Origin: an uncultured Candidatus Saccharibacteria bacterium
Lineage (GTDB): Bacteria; Patescibacteriota; Minisyncoccia; Phycocordibacterales; CAIZLB01
Direction: 5' to 3'
Assembly: GCA_964520545.1 (NCBI GenBank)
Contig: CAZFOD010000004.1
Span: 4,844-68,843, forward strand
DNA: 64,000 bases
Both the position numbers and the translations under genes were made by a program. Below the pieces are notes generated by a model, which had not been told where the DNA came from, made no database searches, and was given only the letters and a program-made list of their open reading frames with translations. Position 1 is the first letter of the stretch. Every line of letters starts with the position of its first letter. Shown here piece after piece: positions 8,232 to 16,664 of the stretch.

Positions 8232-8978
8232 ATGACATACATCATTCCAACACTCGCGGCTATCCTTTTCATCCTACTCATCAGTATCAAACAGATTAAT
8301 CAATATGAGAGAGGTGTTAAATTCATGTTGGGAAAATTTCGACACATCATGCAGCCTGGATGGAGACTTGTCTTCCCCATCGTTCAGTCATATCAGAAAG
8401 TAGATATCCGTACGAAAGCCGTAGATGTTCCAGATCAGAATGCGATCACAAGAGACAACGTAACAGTGAGCGTCAATGCTGTGATCTACTACAAAGTACT
8501 TGATGCAGCAAAAGCTATCATCGAAGTTGAAGATTTTAAATATGCGATTTCTCAGTACGCTCAGACAACAATGAGAAATATTGTTGGAGAAGCAACTCTT
8601 GATGAGCTTCTAGCTAACAGAGACAAGATTGCCGACAGAATTCGTGAAATTGTAGACAAAGAGACTGATGCATGGGGACTTAAGGTTCAAAATGTTGAAT
8701 TGAAAGATGTAAGCCTTCCCCCTCAGCTTGAGCGTACAATCAGTAAGCAAGCAGAAGCTGAACGAGAAAAGCGTGCAGTCATCATCACATCTGAAGGAGA
8801 ACTTGCTGCAGCAAACAACATGTCAAAGGCAGCTGAAATATTGGCGCAAACACCAGGAGCTCTACACTTGCGAACATTGCAGTCTATCAACGACATGTCT
8901 TCAGATCAATCAAACACAGTTGTATATATGGTTCCAGTTGAGGTATTGAAAGCGTTTGATGGGTTTGCGAAGAAATAG
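8232..8978 (+). CDS. SPFH/band-7 (stomatin/prohibitin-like) membrane protein
   Basis: N-terminal TM, then a typical SPFH core (YERGVKFMLGKF..., ...AEREKRAVIITSEGE...). Confidence 0.85.
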   Translation: MTYIIPTLAAILFILLISIKQINQYERGVKFMLGKFRHIMQPGWRLVFPIVQSYQKVDIRTKAVDVPDQNAITRDNVTVSVNAVIYYKVLDAAKAIIEVEDFKYAISQYAQTTMRNIVGEATLDELLANRDKIADRIREIVDKETDAWGLKVQNVELKDVSLPPQLERTISKQAEAEREKRAVIITSEGELAAANNMSKAAEILAQTPGALHLRTLQSINDMSSDQSNTVVYMVPVEVLKAFDGFAKK

Positions 8979-9041
8979 CAAAAGAAAAACCGCCCTCCGA
9001 AAGCACAGGCAGGGCGGCTTTCTTGAGGGCGGTCAAACGAA

Positions 9042-9665
9042 TCAGTCGACCAAAACCTGGTCATGAATGGGAACGGGATGTGGCTTACGTGCGGGCAAAT
9101 CGTCACCGCACATGCCGTGGAACTCAACAAAGCACACTTCACACACCCAGACTGGATAGATGCTTCCCCAGATGTTGAGCAATGCGACGCGAGTCGCTGG
9201 GTGGCTGCACCCCTCAATGGAACATTCGTGACTTCCAGGAATGAATGGGGACTTATCCTTGAATTCAAACAAGGTATGAAAGCCGCGGGGAAATGTCCGT
9301 TTCGCATAGAACTCAAGCTTCCAATCTGATTCGATCGCAAGTTCATCTGGCCGGAAGAATACGACGCGAGGACAATCTGTCCAAATTCGTTCTTCCAAAA
9401 TCCAATCGTGATTGGTACCCCCGAGCTCGGCTTCGTGCATTTGATCCCATTCGCGAACTACGGTTCCTTGATTGAACTGAATGTGACCAACCTCCCGGTG
9501 GAAGAAGACGGCGACGGTGTACCCATCACCTTCAATCTTTGAATCCGGATCGACGACGAGACCTTGGTATTGAGACCAATTCCCTGCTTCAGCCATGCTA
9601 ACTATCGATCCCTTGAGAATTGGCTGCGACTTTGAATCGAGGACAACATTTTCTTGAACTGACAT
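9042..9665 (-). CDS. hypothetical protein with C-terminal Cys/His cluster (putative Zn-binding), GC-rich
   Basis: 207 aa; C-terminus HECSIEGCSHP...VCEVCFVEFHGMCGDD. Confidence 0.45.
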   Translation of the reverse strand: MSVQENVVLDSKSQPILKGSIVSMAEAGNWSQYQGLVVDPDSKIEGDGYTVAVFFHREVGHIQFNQGTVVREWDQMHEAELGGTNHDWILEERIWTDCPRVVFFRPDELAIESDWKLEFYAKRTFPRGFHTLFEFKDKSPFIPGSHECSIEGCSHPATRVALLNIWGSIYPVWVCEVCFVEFHGMCGDDLPARKPHPVPIHDQVLVD

Positions 9666-9787
9666 AGGTTTTTGGCCTTTCTAAATTTTTAGGTTGTGAA
9701 CAATGGTGCGACATCTTTGTTGATATCGCGGTTCGAAATAAGAATACGTCTGTGGAAAGGGTGCGTCAAGCAGGCTTAGGTCTTCAA

Positions 9788-10525
9788 TTACAGCTTCGCG
9801 TAAAGTAGTTTAAACACCCTTTTTTGAAACTCAGCAATCATTGGATTATCAATCGTCACTACAGTCTTTGAATTGTAATCAATAATTGCAACCTTGTTTC
9901 CGTAGATAATCTGCGACACATTTAATCCAAAAAGATCCTGATCGTTTGGTATGAATTTAATCTTTTTTCCAAGCTTCTTGATTGTTGTATTTCTACGAGA
10001 CGCCTCATCGGTAATGACATATCTCTCGAGTCCTTTGAAGTCTCGTTGATATCTGTAATCTTTCGGTAAAAACTTTTTACGTGCCAAACTAAGAGCTGAA
10101 CTATATCTGTAATACACATCATCTTTCTTAAGACTGTGAACGACATCAGAGAATGTTTCTCGTATCGCCTTGTCTCCTTCAGAAAATGTCACGAGAGGTT
10201 TCTTTCCTCTTGTTGAGTATGACTCATGCATTGCATGTATCTCAGAATTAAAATCATCCTCAAGTTCGGTAAACAATCTTTCTACCTTCTCTGGAGATTC
10301 GGCAACATATACCTTGTATTTTCCTTTCGGCATTACACTCACAAGTCCTCGATCAATAAGGGCAGGAAGCATTTTGTAGACTGTTGGGCGATGTAAGCCA
10401 ACCTTTCGTACAATGTCAGAAATTGATGCTGGGCCAGTCTCTAAAAGGGAAAGATATATAGAACTCTCTTCGGTAGTGAAGCCTAGCTTTTCTAATACAG
10501 TATTTTTTCTTTGCATCTTTTTCAT
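9788..10525 (-). CDS. TrmB-family transcriptional regulator
   Basis: HTH segment LEKLGFTTEESSIYLSLLETGPASISDIVRKVGLHRPTVYKML is typical of TrmB; probable start at MKKMQRKN (10525). Confidence 0.65.
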   Translation of the reverse strand: MKKMQRKNTVLEKLGFTTEESSIYLSLLETGPASISDIVRKVGLHRPTVYKMLPALIDRGLVSVMPKGKYKVYVAESPEKVERLFTELEDDFNSEIHAMHESYSTRGKKPLVTFSEGDKAIRETFSDVVHSLKKDDVYYRYSSALSLARKKFLPKDYRYQRDFKGLERYVITDEASRRNTTIKKLGKKIKFIPNDQDLFGLNVSQIIYGNKVAIIDYNSKTVVTIDNPMIAEFQKRVFKLLYAKL

Positions 10526-10687
10526 AGGTTGTATTCTTTTGTTACAACCTAATCCTACACAAGTATCCATATTTTGCAACGTATATCGGGTTTTCCACTC
10601 GTACTGCTACAACTTTGTCATATTTCCATACATGTAAACGCTACATCGCATATATTTAAAACAGAAAGGTAATTAACAACAACATAT

Positions 10688-11590
10688 ATGAACAAACAAC
10701 ATCTGCGGCTTCCCCTATTGGGTATCGGCCGCCACATGACACTTATGGTCAAAAAGGCCATTGGTATCATTCGCGAAGAAAGCCATGACCTCGTCGTTGA
10801 AGACAAGGTTGGGTACGACAAAGTCAAATGGGATTGCGTTACTGCCGGCGACAAACGCGCGCAAGAAATGTATCTCAAAGAGATCGCAAAGCACTTCCCG
10901 ACATTTGGGGTCATTGCAGAGGAAAAAGAATTAACGATTCCCTGCACCGACGCCAACTTCGACGTGCACTTCACCATTGATCCTCTTGACGGTACCAAGG
11001 CCTACGCGCGCAAACAATCACACGGCGTGAGCACAATGCTCGCCCTCGTCTGCGACGGAAAGATTGTTGCGGTGACAATCGGCGACGCAAACACTGGTGA
11101 AATCTACGAGTATGCCGCTGAGGATGCTCGAGGCGAAGTGGCAAGATGGCGCTTCGACAAGATGGAGAAACTGGAGCCCGACGTCGTAAGACCTCTGCAC
11201 CAGCAGTACGTGCTCCTTCTCGACAACCCACGCATCCAGCCACAAGTCGTCAAAGACATGGCTACACTCTTCCCTGCGGAAGGCGGGCTGTTCAAGGACT
11301 TTGAGATCCAAGGAGGTAGCATCGGTCTTCGATTCGCTCGTCTTTGGAAGGGCGAAATCGGCGGCATCATCCTTAGCCCTACGCACGACACACCCTGGGA
11401 TCTCATACCAGTACTCGGCATCAGCAAGCGTCTTGGATTCAAATTCTTCCGACTGGATCCGGCGACGAACACGTTCACTGAACGCGAACCAGAACTCACG
11501 AAGGTCATCGTAAAGAAACCCTTCGTCGAGCTCATCATCCACGAAACACATGTGCCAGAGTTCAAAGCCTGGCTCGCTGGTAACAATTAA
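10688..11590 (+). CDS. inositol monophosphatase family protein (SuhB/CysQ-like)
   Basis: Motifs D.VT..D...E, EE, FTIDPLDGTKAY and PWDLIPVLGI match the IMPase signatures. GC-rich segment. Confidence 0.65.
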   Translation: MNKQHLRLPLLGIGRHMTLMVKKAIGIIREESHDLVVEDKVGYDKVKWDCVTAGDKRAQEMYLKEIAKHFPTFGVIAEEKELTIPCTDANFDVHFTIDPLDGTKAYARKQSHGVSTMLALVCDGKIVAVTIGDANTGEIYEYAAEDARGEVARWRFDKMEKLEPDVVRPLHQQYVLLLDNPRIQPQVVKDMATLFPAEGGLFKDFEIQGGSIGLRFARLWKGEIGGIILSPTHDTPWDLIPVLGISKRLGFKFFRLDPATNTFTEREPELTKVIVKKPFVELIIHETHVPEFKAWLAGNN

Positions 11591-11600
11591 CAAAAAAACT

Positions 11601-12080
11601 ATGCGAAAGAAAGAAGTACTTGGGATTGACCTCGGAGACACAATCTTCGACAGGTCACTCTCACCAACACAACCGTTTCAAGATGCTTTACGTGTCATTA
11701 AACGGCTAACTGAAGAACGGTTCACTGCACCACATGTGCACATCGTCTCCAAAGTTAATACTGAACAGAAGCTCCGCGCCGAAGCACGCCTTGCAGAATA
11801 TGGATTCTTCGAGGCGACGGGTATCCCCGAAACAAATCTGCACTTCTGCGCTGAGCGTTCCGAAAAGGCGCCCATCTGTGAGAGGCTAGGAATCACGCAC
11901 TTCATCGACGACCGTGTCGAGGTGCTGTATCACCTCCTCAACATCGTCCCCCACTGCTACCTCTTCCGTGGCAACACGAAGAGAGAGCTGGATACTGACG
12001 AGCTGGAGTTCCAGCATGTCACGCAGCAGACGAGGGTTGTGAACAGTTGGCTCGACGTCGAGGAGCTGTTGTTGAAATAA
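11601..12080 (+). CDS. HAD-like hydrolase (putative nucleotidase-like), weak assignment
   Basis: Start GIDLGDTIF and C-terminal GITHFIDDR resemble HAD motifs I and IV, but motif I is degenerate. Confidence 0.35.
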   Translation: MRKKEVLGIDLGDTIFDRSLSPTQPFQDALRVIKRLTEERFTAPHVHIVSKVNTEQKLRAEARLAEYGFFEATGIPETNLHFCAERSEKAPICERLGITHFIDDRVEVLYHLLNIVPHCYLFRGNTKRELDTDELEFQHVTQQTRVVNSWLDVEELLLK

Positions 12081-12090
12081 GTACAAATCA

Positions 12091-12125
12091 AAAGGGCCGC
12101 AGAGACAATGTCTCCGCGGCCCTTT
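12091..12125. terminator. GC-rich perfect palindrome hairpin (bidirectional terminator)
   Basis: aagggccgcagagaca/tgtctccgcggccctt. Confidence 0.6.
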
Positions 12126-12129
12126 AACT

Positions 12130-12486
12130 CTATTCCGGTAAACCGGGGATCTCGACGACCACCAGCTGTTCTGCATTCGTACGATTCCATCTCCTCCACT
12201 GAGTGCAGGGCAATCCGAATTCCAGGCCACCAATTTTTCGTGGTATCTGAATCATGAGAAACGGAATTCCGTCGTAAAGACTTACAATCCGGCCATCATA
12301 TTCGGTTCCAGCTCTGAGGAAGGTGTGCATTTTTTTGCACGAAGAGACTACCATTGGCTCCCCGCTCACGATTCTTACAGGGATGTCATATACTCGCTGA
12401 GGAACACCGCTTACCGGTGCTAAGGCTTGTGGGTTGGGCATATTCGATATTTGGTTGAGGTTGCAATCTGTATGTGATTTAAACAC
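12130..12486 (-). CDS. hypothetical protein
   Basis: 118-aa ORF bracketed by two related GC-rich hairpins; no recognisable motifs. Confidence 0.3.
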   Translation of the reverse strand: MFKSHTDCNLNQISNMPNPQALAPVSGVPQRVYDIPVRIVSGEPMVVSSCKKMHTFLRAGTEYDGRIVSLYDGIPFLMIQIPRKIGGLEFGLPCTQWRRWNRTNAEQLVVVEIPGLPE

Positions 12487-12508
12487 CTATGTCACATTGG
12501 GTCAAACT

Positions 12509-12544
12509 AAAAGGCCGCGGGTGACATTGCACCCGCGGCCTCTT
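12509..12544. terminator. GC-rich hairpin related to 12091-12125
   Basis: aggccgcgggtg/cacccgcggcct with loop acattg; shares the ggccgcgg core and loop with the previous hairpin. Confidence 0.55.
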
Positions 12545-12550
12545 CATCTT

Positions 12551-13564
12551 TTACAACCCCTCGATAGTAACCGTACTATCGCGTCGAAGAGCCAGCCATT
12601 GGCCCAACTGAAGACCATACTCGATTTTACGCTCGCCACTTGGATCGCGCATCATGAGGTAGGTGTGGGTTCCGTCACTGCATTTGCGGGCGAGATATCG
12701 CCCCGTTTTTAGCCTCAGCTCCAAACGAAGTCCCCTGTTGAATACCATCACCGCACCGACGACTCTGATTATCAAGTCATACTCGTAGGTATCGATATTA
12801 GGATCTTCTCCAGTTTGCTTCACAATCTGTCGCTTCTGGCGCTCTGCATCCACTCGAGCGTAGTTTTCCATCGTCTTCTGCTTACGCGCCTCATCTTTCT
12901 GCGTTCTTCTTTCCGCCTTCAACTTCTTTTCTGGAAGGCTCCTAAGAACACGTATGAGCCTAGCGCGCTGCCACTCGATCGTTTGCCTTTTTTGCACGGA
13001 TCGTAACACGGGAGTTCGCTGTTTCTTTCGTTCCTCAATCAGCTTTCTTGCTAATAACCTGGAAAGAGAACGCAGAAGCCTGGCGCGCTGCCACTCGATC
13101 GTTTGCTTCTTCGGCAATGGAGGAGGGGTTTTTACTTCCCTCTGCACGGGCGGTGCTTCAGGCGTAGTTACGCCTAACTTTTCCGAACCCTCGGCTGTGA
13201 GCAAAACCGCCAAGGAAACAATGAGCTCAACCCCATCATCAAACATGCTTGGGAAATTTTCCTCGTCATCATCTTCAGCGATGTCGATTCCACGAGCTGT
13301 TTCAGCCTTGAGCAAGGTTCCTTCATATTGAAGCCAGGCATACCACTCCTTCTTACCCACAACGACGTGGAGGAAGTCCGAAACGCTGTCTCCAATGCGT
13401 ACTTCGAACTTTTGATACACCTGCTTCGACTTCCAGGGCAGCTCGGAGTAACACTCCTTGCGACAGCAGCAAAGGTACACATACCCCGGCTGCAGCTCTA
13501 TGCCCTGCCTATACGCTTTCACCCTTTTGTCCATCGTACCCTCTGACGCTTTTAGCATACTCAT
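12551..13564 (-). CDS. hypothetical protein with internal tandem repeat (QTIEWQRARL[L/I]R, twice) and charged helical linker
   Basis: 337 aa, GC-rich. DNA direct repeat agcct.gcgcgctgccactcgatcgtttgc at about 12959 and 13079. Plus-strand alternative ORFs look like antisense artefacts. Confidence 0.5.
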   Translation of the reverse strand: MSMLKASEGTMDKRVKAYRQGIELQPGYVYLCCCRKECYSELPWKSKQVYQKFEVRIGDSVSDFLHVVVGKKEWYAWLQYEGTLLKAETARGIDIAEDDDEENFPSMFDDGVELIVSLAVLLTAEGSEKLGVTTPEAPPVQREVKTPPPLPKKQTIEWQRARLLRSLSRLLARKLIEERKKQRTPVLRSVQKRQTIEWQRARLIRVLRSLPEKKLKAERRTQKDEARKQKTMENYARVDAERQKRQIVKQTGEDPNIDTYEYDLIIRVVGAVMVFNRGLRLELRLKTGRYLARKCSDGTHTYLMMRDPSGERKIEYGLQLGQWLALRRDSTVTIEGL

Positions 13565-13755
13565 CGGATTTGGTCCTTTCTGGTCTGGTTTGTTGTTAGA
13601 TAACTGGTCTGTATGTATTTAACTCGTATTTTAGGATACCGTCAATCCTAGACGTGACATATATTTAAAATGATATAACCTATATAACCAGAGATGAACT
13701 CGGCAGCGATTCCATCGCAGATCGAGAGTGGAACGAAACATCAACAGATATTTAC

Positions 13756-14478
13756 ATGAACCAAGATGCCAGAACCATTCGGGAAGCATTACGCTTCCTG
13801 CTCCGTAACGCCTTCCTATATTTCTACGCGTGGGCAGGGGGGATTATCAGTATCCACAAGCAAACACTCCGGTCCATCGATCGAATCGTAAAGAACGGTG
13901 ATGCGATCATCGAAATCGGCTGTGGCAGAGGCTTCTTCACAAAAGCCCTGCATGAGAAAATGAGTCGGATGCACGACGTTACAATAACAGCATCAGACAT
14001 CAACCCAAAGGTTGTCGAACATGCCGCAAGGTATTGTGGCGCGGAATATTTCCCCCCAAGCGACGCCTTCTTCACCGAAGATAACAGCCTAGAAATCCGT
14101 CTAGCTAGTGCCACCAACATTGGCTCGACGGTAAGCAAAAAGGCAGATGTCATACTCTGCATCATGGTGGCCCACCACCTTAGCCACTGTGAAAGGCAGC
14201 AGATGATCAAAGGGATATATGAAGCACTGGGTCCCGGGCGGACAGCCCTGGTCGTGGATCACGGAAAGCCCAGTACCTGGTATGGAAAAATATTCTGGCT
14301 TCTCTTTCACCACCACTGCTTTGCAAATGGGTGCATTGAGTCCATTGAAGAGATGGCGGAGAAACAGGGATTCATCAATCGTATCTACTGGGAAACGCAG
14401 TTTGGATGGATTCATCATCTGACAATCCAAAGACCACTGAATGGGGTTCCCTCCGCAAAACAGGGACAAGCCAACTAA
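13756..14478 (+). CDS. class I SAM-dependent methyltransferase
   Basis: Motif I IIEIGCGRGFFTKAL and the downstream Rossmann-like pattern. Confidence 0.65.
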   Translation: MNQDARTIREALRFLLRNAFLYFYAWAGGIISIHKQTLRSIDRIVKNGDAIIEIGCGRGFFTKALHEKMSRMHDVTITASDINPKVVEHAARYCGAEYFPPSDAFFTEDNSLEIRLASATNIGSTVSKKADVILCIMVAHHLSHCERQQMIKGIYEALGPGRTALVVDHGKPSTWYGKIFWLLFHHHCFANGCIESIEEMAEKQGFINRIYWETQFGWIHHLTIQRPLNGVPSAKQGQAN

Positions 14479-14480
14479 AC

Positions 14481-14516
14481 GAAAGCGGCCACCGACAAAA
14501 TGTCAGTGGCCGCTTT
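14481..14516. terminator. bidirectional hairpin terminator
   Basis: aaagcggccac/gtggccgcttt. Confidence 0.55.
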
Positions 14517-14530
14517 AACGTTTGGAGATA

Positions 14531-15142
14531 TTAGTTTTCTGCAACGATAAGGAGGTTCGCCTTGGCTGCAGCCGTCTTTCCCCAACAAGGGGATGACGCT
14601 GACCATGGCTGTGTACCCTGCTCCTCATACAAGAGACGTCCGTACGCGAGGTTTCCCTCAACAGTGTAAAGATCATATCCAAGCTTCTGCGCACGTTTTA
14701 AGTGGTATCGCTCGTTGATCTGCATCACACCGACGTCCTTGGCGTTTACCCTTCCGCGCACAGTCTCGCCATTCTTATCGTACTGTCGAAACTGGGACTC
14801 ACATCTTGAGACTTCCGCCATTACGGGGATATCAGAGAAGTAGGCCCGAACCTTTGCCTCAATGCCGGCATTGGTAGGGATCGTTGAGCTTGCTGTCTTC
14901 TGTAAAGAAGTAGCAATCTCGACGGTCTGGGATTTAGCAATTTCCTGTTTTGAAAGTGTGTCTGTAGAGGTAGAAGTACCGTCTGACATCATTCCTGAAA
15001 CCATCATCGCTAAACCGAAGGTCAATGGTAAAATAAGCCTTTTCTTATCTAGTAATGCGCTCGTCCATTTCAGTAAATTTGAGCGCTTGCACCTAACTAA
15101 AAAAGCACATTGCTGTGCTTCTTTATGTCTATATACTAGCAC
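14531..15142 (-). CDS. lytic transglycosylase (SLT domain, IagB-like)
   Basis: CESQFRQYDKNGETVRGRVNAKDVGVMQINERYH...YTVEGNLAYGRLLY matches the family 1 lytic transglycosylase catalytic pattern (ES.F ... G[LV]MQI). Signal-peptide-like segment KKRLILPLTFGLAMMVSG; start uncertain. Confidence 0.55.
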   Translation of the reverse strand: MLVYRHKEAQQCAFLVRCKRSNLLKWTSALLDKKRLILPLTFGLAMMVSGMMSDGTSTSTDTLSKQEIAKSQTVEIATSLQKTASSTIPTNAGIEAKVRAYFSDIPVMAEVSRCESQFRQYDKNGETVRGRVNAKDVGVMQINERYHLKRAQKLGYDLYTVEGNLAYGRLLYEEQGTQPWSASSPCWGKTAAAKANLLIVAEN

Positions 15143-15574
15143 CTTTTGAACCCCCTGTCAAGAAAAATGCCTCATTTCTGACCCCTAGAAAGGCATTAAT
15201 ATGGCTCAACTGAGCCGTAATACCCATACCATAGACTTTACACTAAATCAAACATATGTCATGGTTTTTTTGCCTTCGTCTTCACTTTATGGATCGGCAC
15301 TGAACTTGTCGCCCTAAGCCCCACCAGAACCTCTTCCGAGCAGAGAATTTGGATGGGAGGCGGTGTATTTATACGCTCCCAAAGGAAGCCGACACCCAGA
15401 AAACCCATAATATTAAGTATTGTGGATATACAGAATACCCAAATCACCCAATCTCCCCCACCCCGCTTCCTATTGATATTTTCAGACACCTGAGCTATAC
15501 TCATTGAACTTAATTGTATAGATCTGGCCTGAAAAAGGCCTCAAGCTTAAGTAAAGATTTAATTATATAACACC

Positions 15575-15847
15575 ATGGCAACCAAAAAAGCCGGCGGTAC
15601 AGCGAAAAACCTAAAAGATTCACAGCCAAAGTTCCTTGGAGTGAAGCTTTATGCAGGTGAAAAGGCATCGACCGGCGCTATAATCGTGCGACAGCGTGGC
15701 ACCCGAATCCTTCCCGGCAAGAACGTCGGACTAGGAAAGGACCACACTCTCTACGCACTCAAGGAAGGAACAGTTGAATTCGGTACAAAGAGAAAGACTC
15801 ACTTCGATGACAAAATTGTCGTAAAGCGAGTAGTTCACGTAAAGTAA
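15575..15847 (+). CDS. rpmA: 50S ribosomal protein L27
   Basis: [29 protein letters not shown]...[26 protein letters not shown] matches the L27 consensus. Confidence 0.9.
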   Translation: MATKKAGGTAKNLKDSQPKFLGVKLYAGEKASTGAIIVRQRGTRILPGKNVGLGKDHTLYALKEGTVEFGTKRKTHFDDKIVVKRVVHVK

Positions 15848-15858
15848 GGATTCACATC

Positions 15859-15886
15859 AAAAAACCCACTCAAAAAGTGGGTTTTT
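15859..15886 (+). terminator. intrinsic terminator after rpmA
   Basis: aaacccac/gtgggttt followed by TTTTTT. Confidence 0.6.
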
Positions 15887-15926
15887 TGATTGACTTCAAA
15901 GTAGACAAACTACTACAATGACTACT

Positions 15927-16155
15927 AGGCACATGCCGTTCTGCGCGGTGTGTGATGGTAACTCCCGAGTATGCTTAGCGTTCGTAACGCAGGTCTTTTT
16001 GCGGGTGTATCGACTCCAAACCAAACTGTGACAGAGGCGTTCCTGGAACTCGTCTCGACTCACACCGGCAAGGATAGCGATATCCAAAGATCCGCATACT
16101 CGGGAACTTCTCTTCAAAAAAACAGCGCCCTCAGTGGACGCTGTTTTCTTTTACC
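15927..16155 (+). ncRNA. candidate small RNA (unknown class) between rpmA and rplI
   Basis: Promoter-like TTGACT-17-TACAAT at about 15889-15918. A 12-bp long-range stem (15963-15974 with 16094-16105) encloses about 120 nt with internal hairpins including a GCGA tetraloop hairpin (ggatagcgatatcc). Ends at the bidirectional hairpin 16116-16152. No convincing ORF. Confidence 0.25.
16116..16152 (-). terminator. intrinsic terminator after rplI (bidirectional)
   Basis: aacagcg(cc)ctcagtgg(a)cgctgtt hairpin with T-runs on both strands. Confidence 0.55.
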
Positions 16156-16168
16156 GTCTCCCTTCCCT

Positions 16169-16615
16169 TTATTCTAGTGCCTTGATGACTACTGTAAACT
16201 CAACTGACTTTTCCTGTACGGTAACTGTAACCTTGTGTTCTCCAACTTCCTTCAATGGCTTATCGAGAACGATGTATTCTGGTGCAATATCAAGCCGTGT
16301 CTGTTCCTTAAGTGCTGGAACGAGTTCCTCCTTATGAATACCGGCAAAAAGGTGTCCTTTCTCATTAGCCTTTCCTGATAATTCAAGAGTGACACCAGAG
16401 ATATCCTTGAGGTTCTTCAAAAGAAGTTCCTCTCGAACCTTCTGATCTGCAGATTCCTGAGCTCGGAATTTCTCTGCTCGTGCAAGAGCCTTTTCTGTTG
16501 CTGTTTCTGCAAAACCCCTTGGAATCAAGGAATTTGAGGCAAAACCTTCAGCCACCTCGACTACTTCGAACTTGCGGCCTACTTTCTGAACGTCTTTAAG
16601 AAGAATTACTTTCAT
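16169..16615 (-). CDS. rplI: 50S ribosomal protein L9
   Basis: MKVILLKDVQKVGRKFEVVEVAEGFASNSLIPRGFA matches the L9 N-terminal domain; start at the internal ATG 16615. Confidence 0.9.
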   Translation of the reverse strand: MKVILLKDVQKVGRKFEVVEVAEGFASNSLIPRGFAETATEKALARAEKFRAQESADQKVREELLLKNLKDISGVTLELSGKANEKGHLFAGIHKEELVPALKEQTRLDIAPEYIVLDKPLKEVGEHKVTVTVQEKSVEFTVVIKALE

Positions 16616-16664
16616 GGGAATTACTATATGGTTGGCAAATAAATGTGTGCTGGTGACTATATCA

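Noticed and set aside
12954-13546. Plus-strand ORFs 12954..13331 and 13328..13546
   Set aside because: Antisense to the better-supported minus-strand gene 12551..13564; the translations are Cys/Arg/Ser-rich noise.
15259-15504. 81-aa minus-strand ORF in the 420-bp spacer upstream of rpmA
   Set aside because: Embedded in a divergent promoter region with a hairpin and no start context. One TM-like segment, but likely spurious.
15896-16177. ORFs 15896..16117 (-) and 15971..16177 (+)
   Set aside because: Implausible low-complexity proteins. The region is better explained as a structured non-coding RNA candidate.
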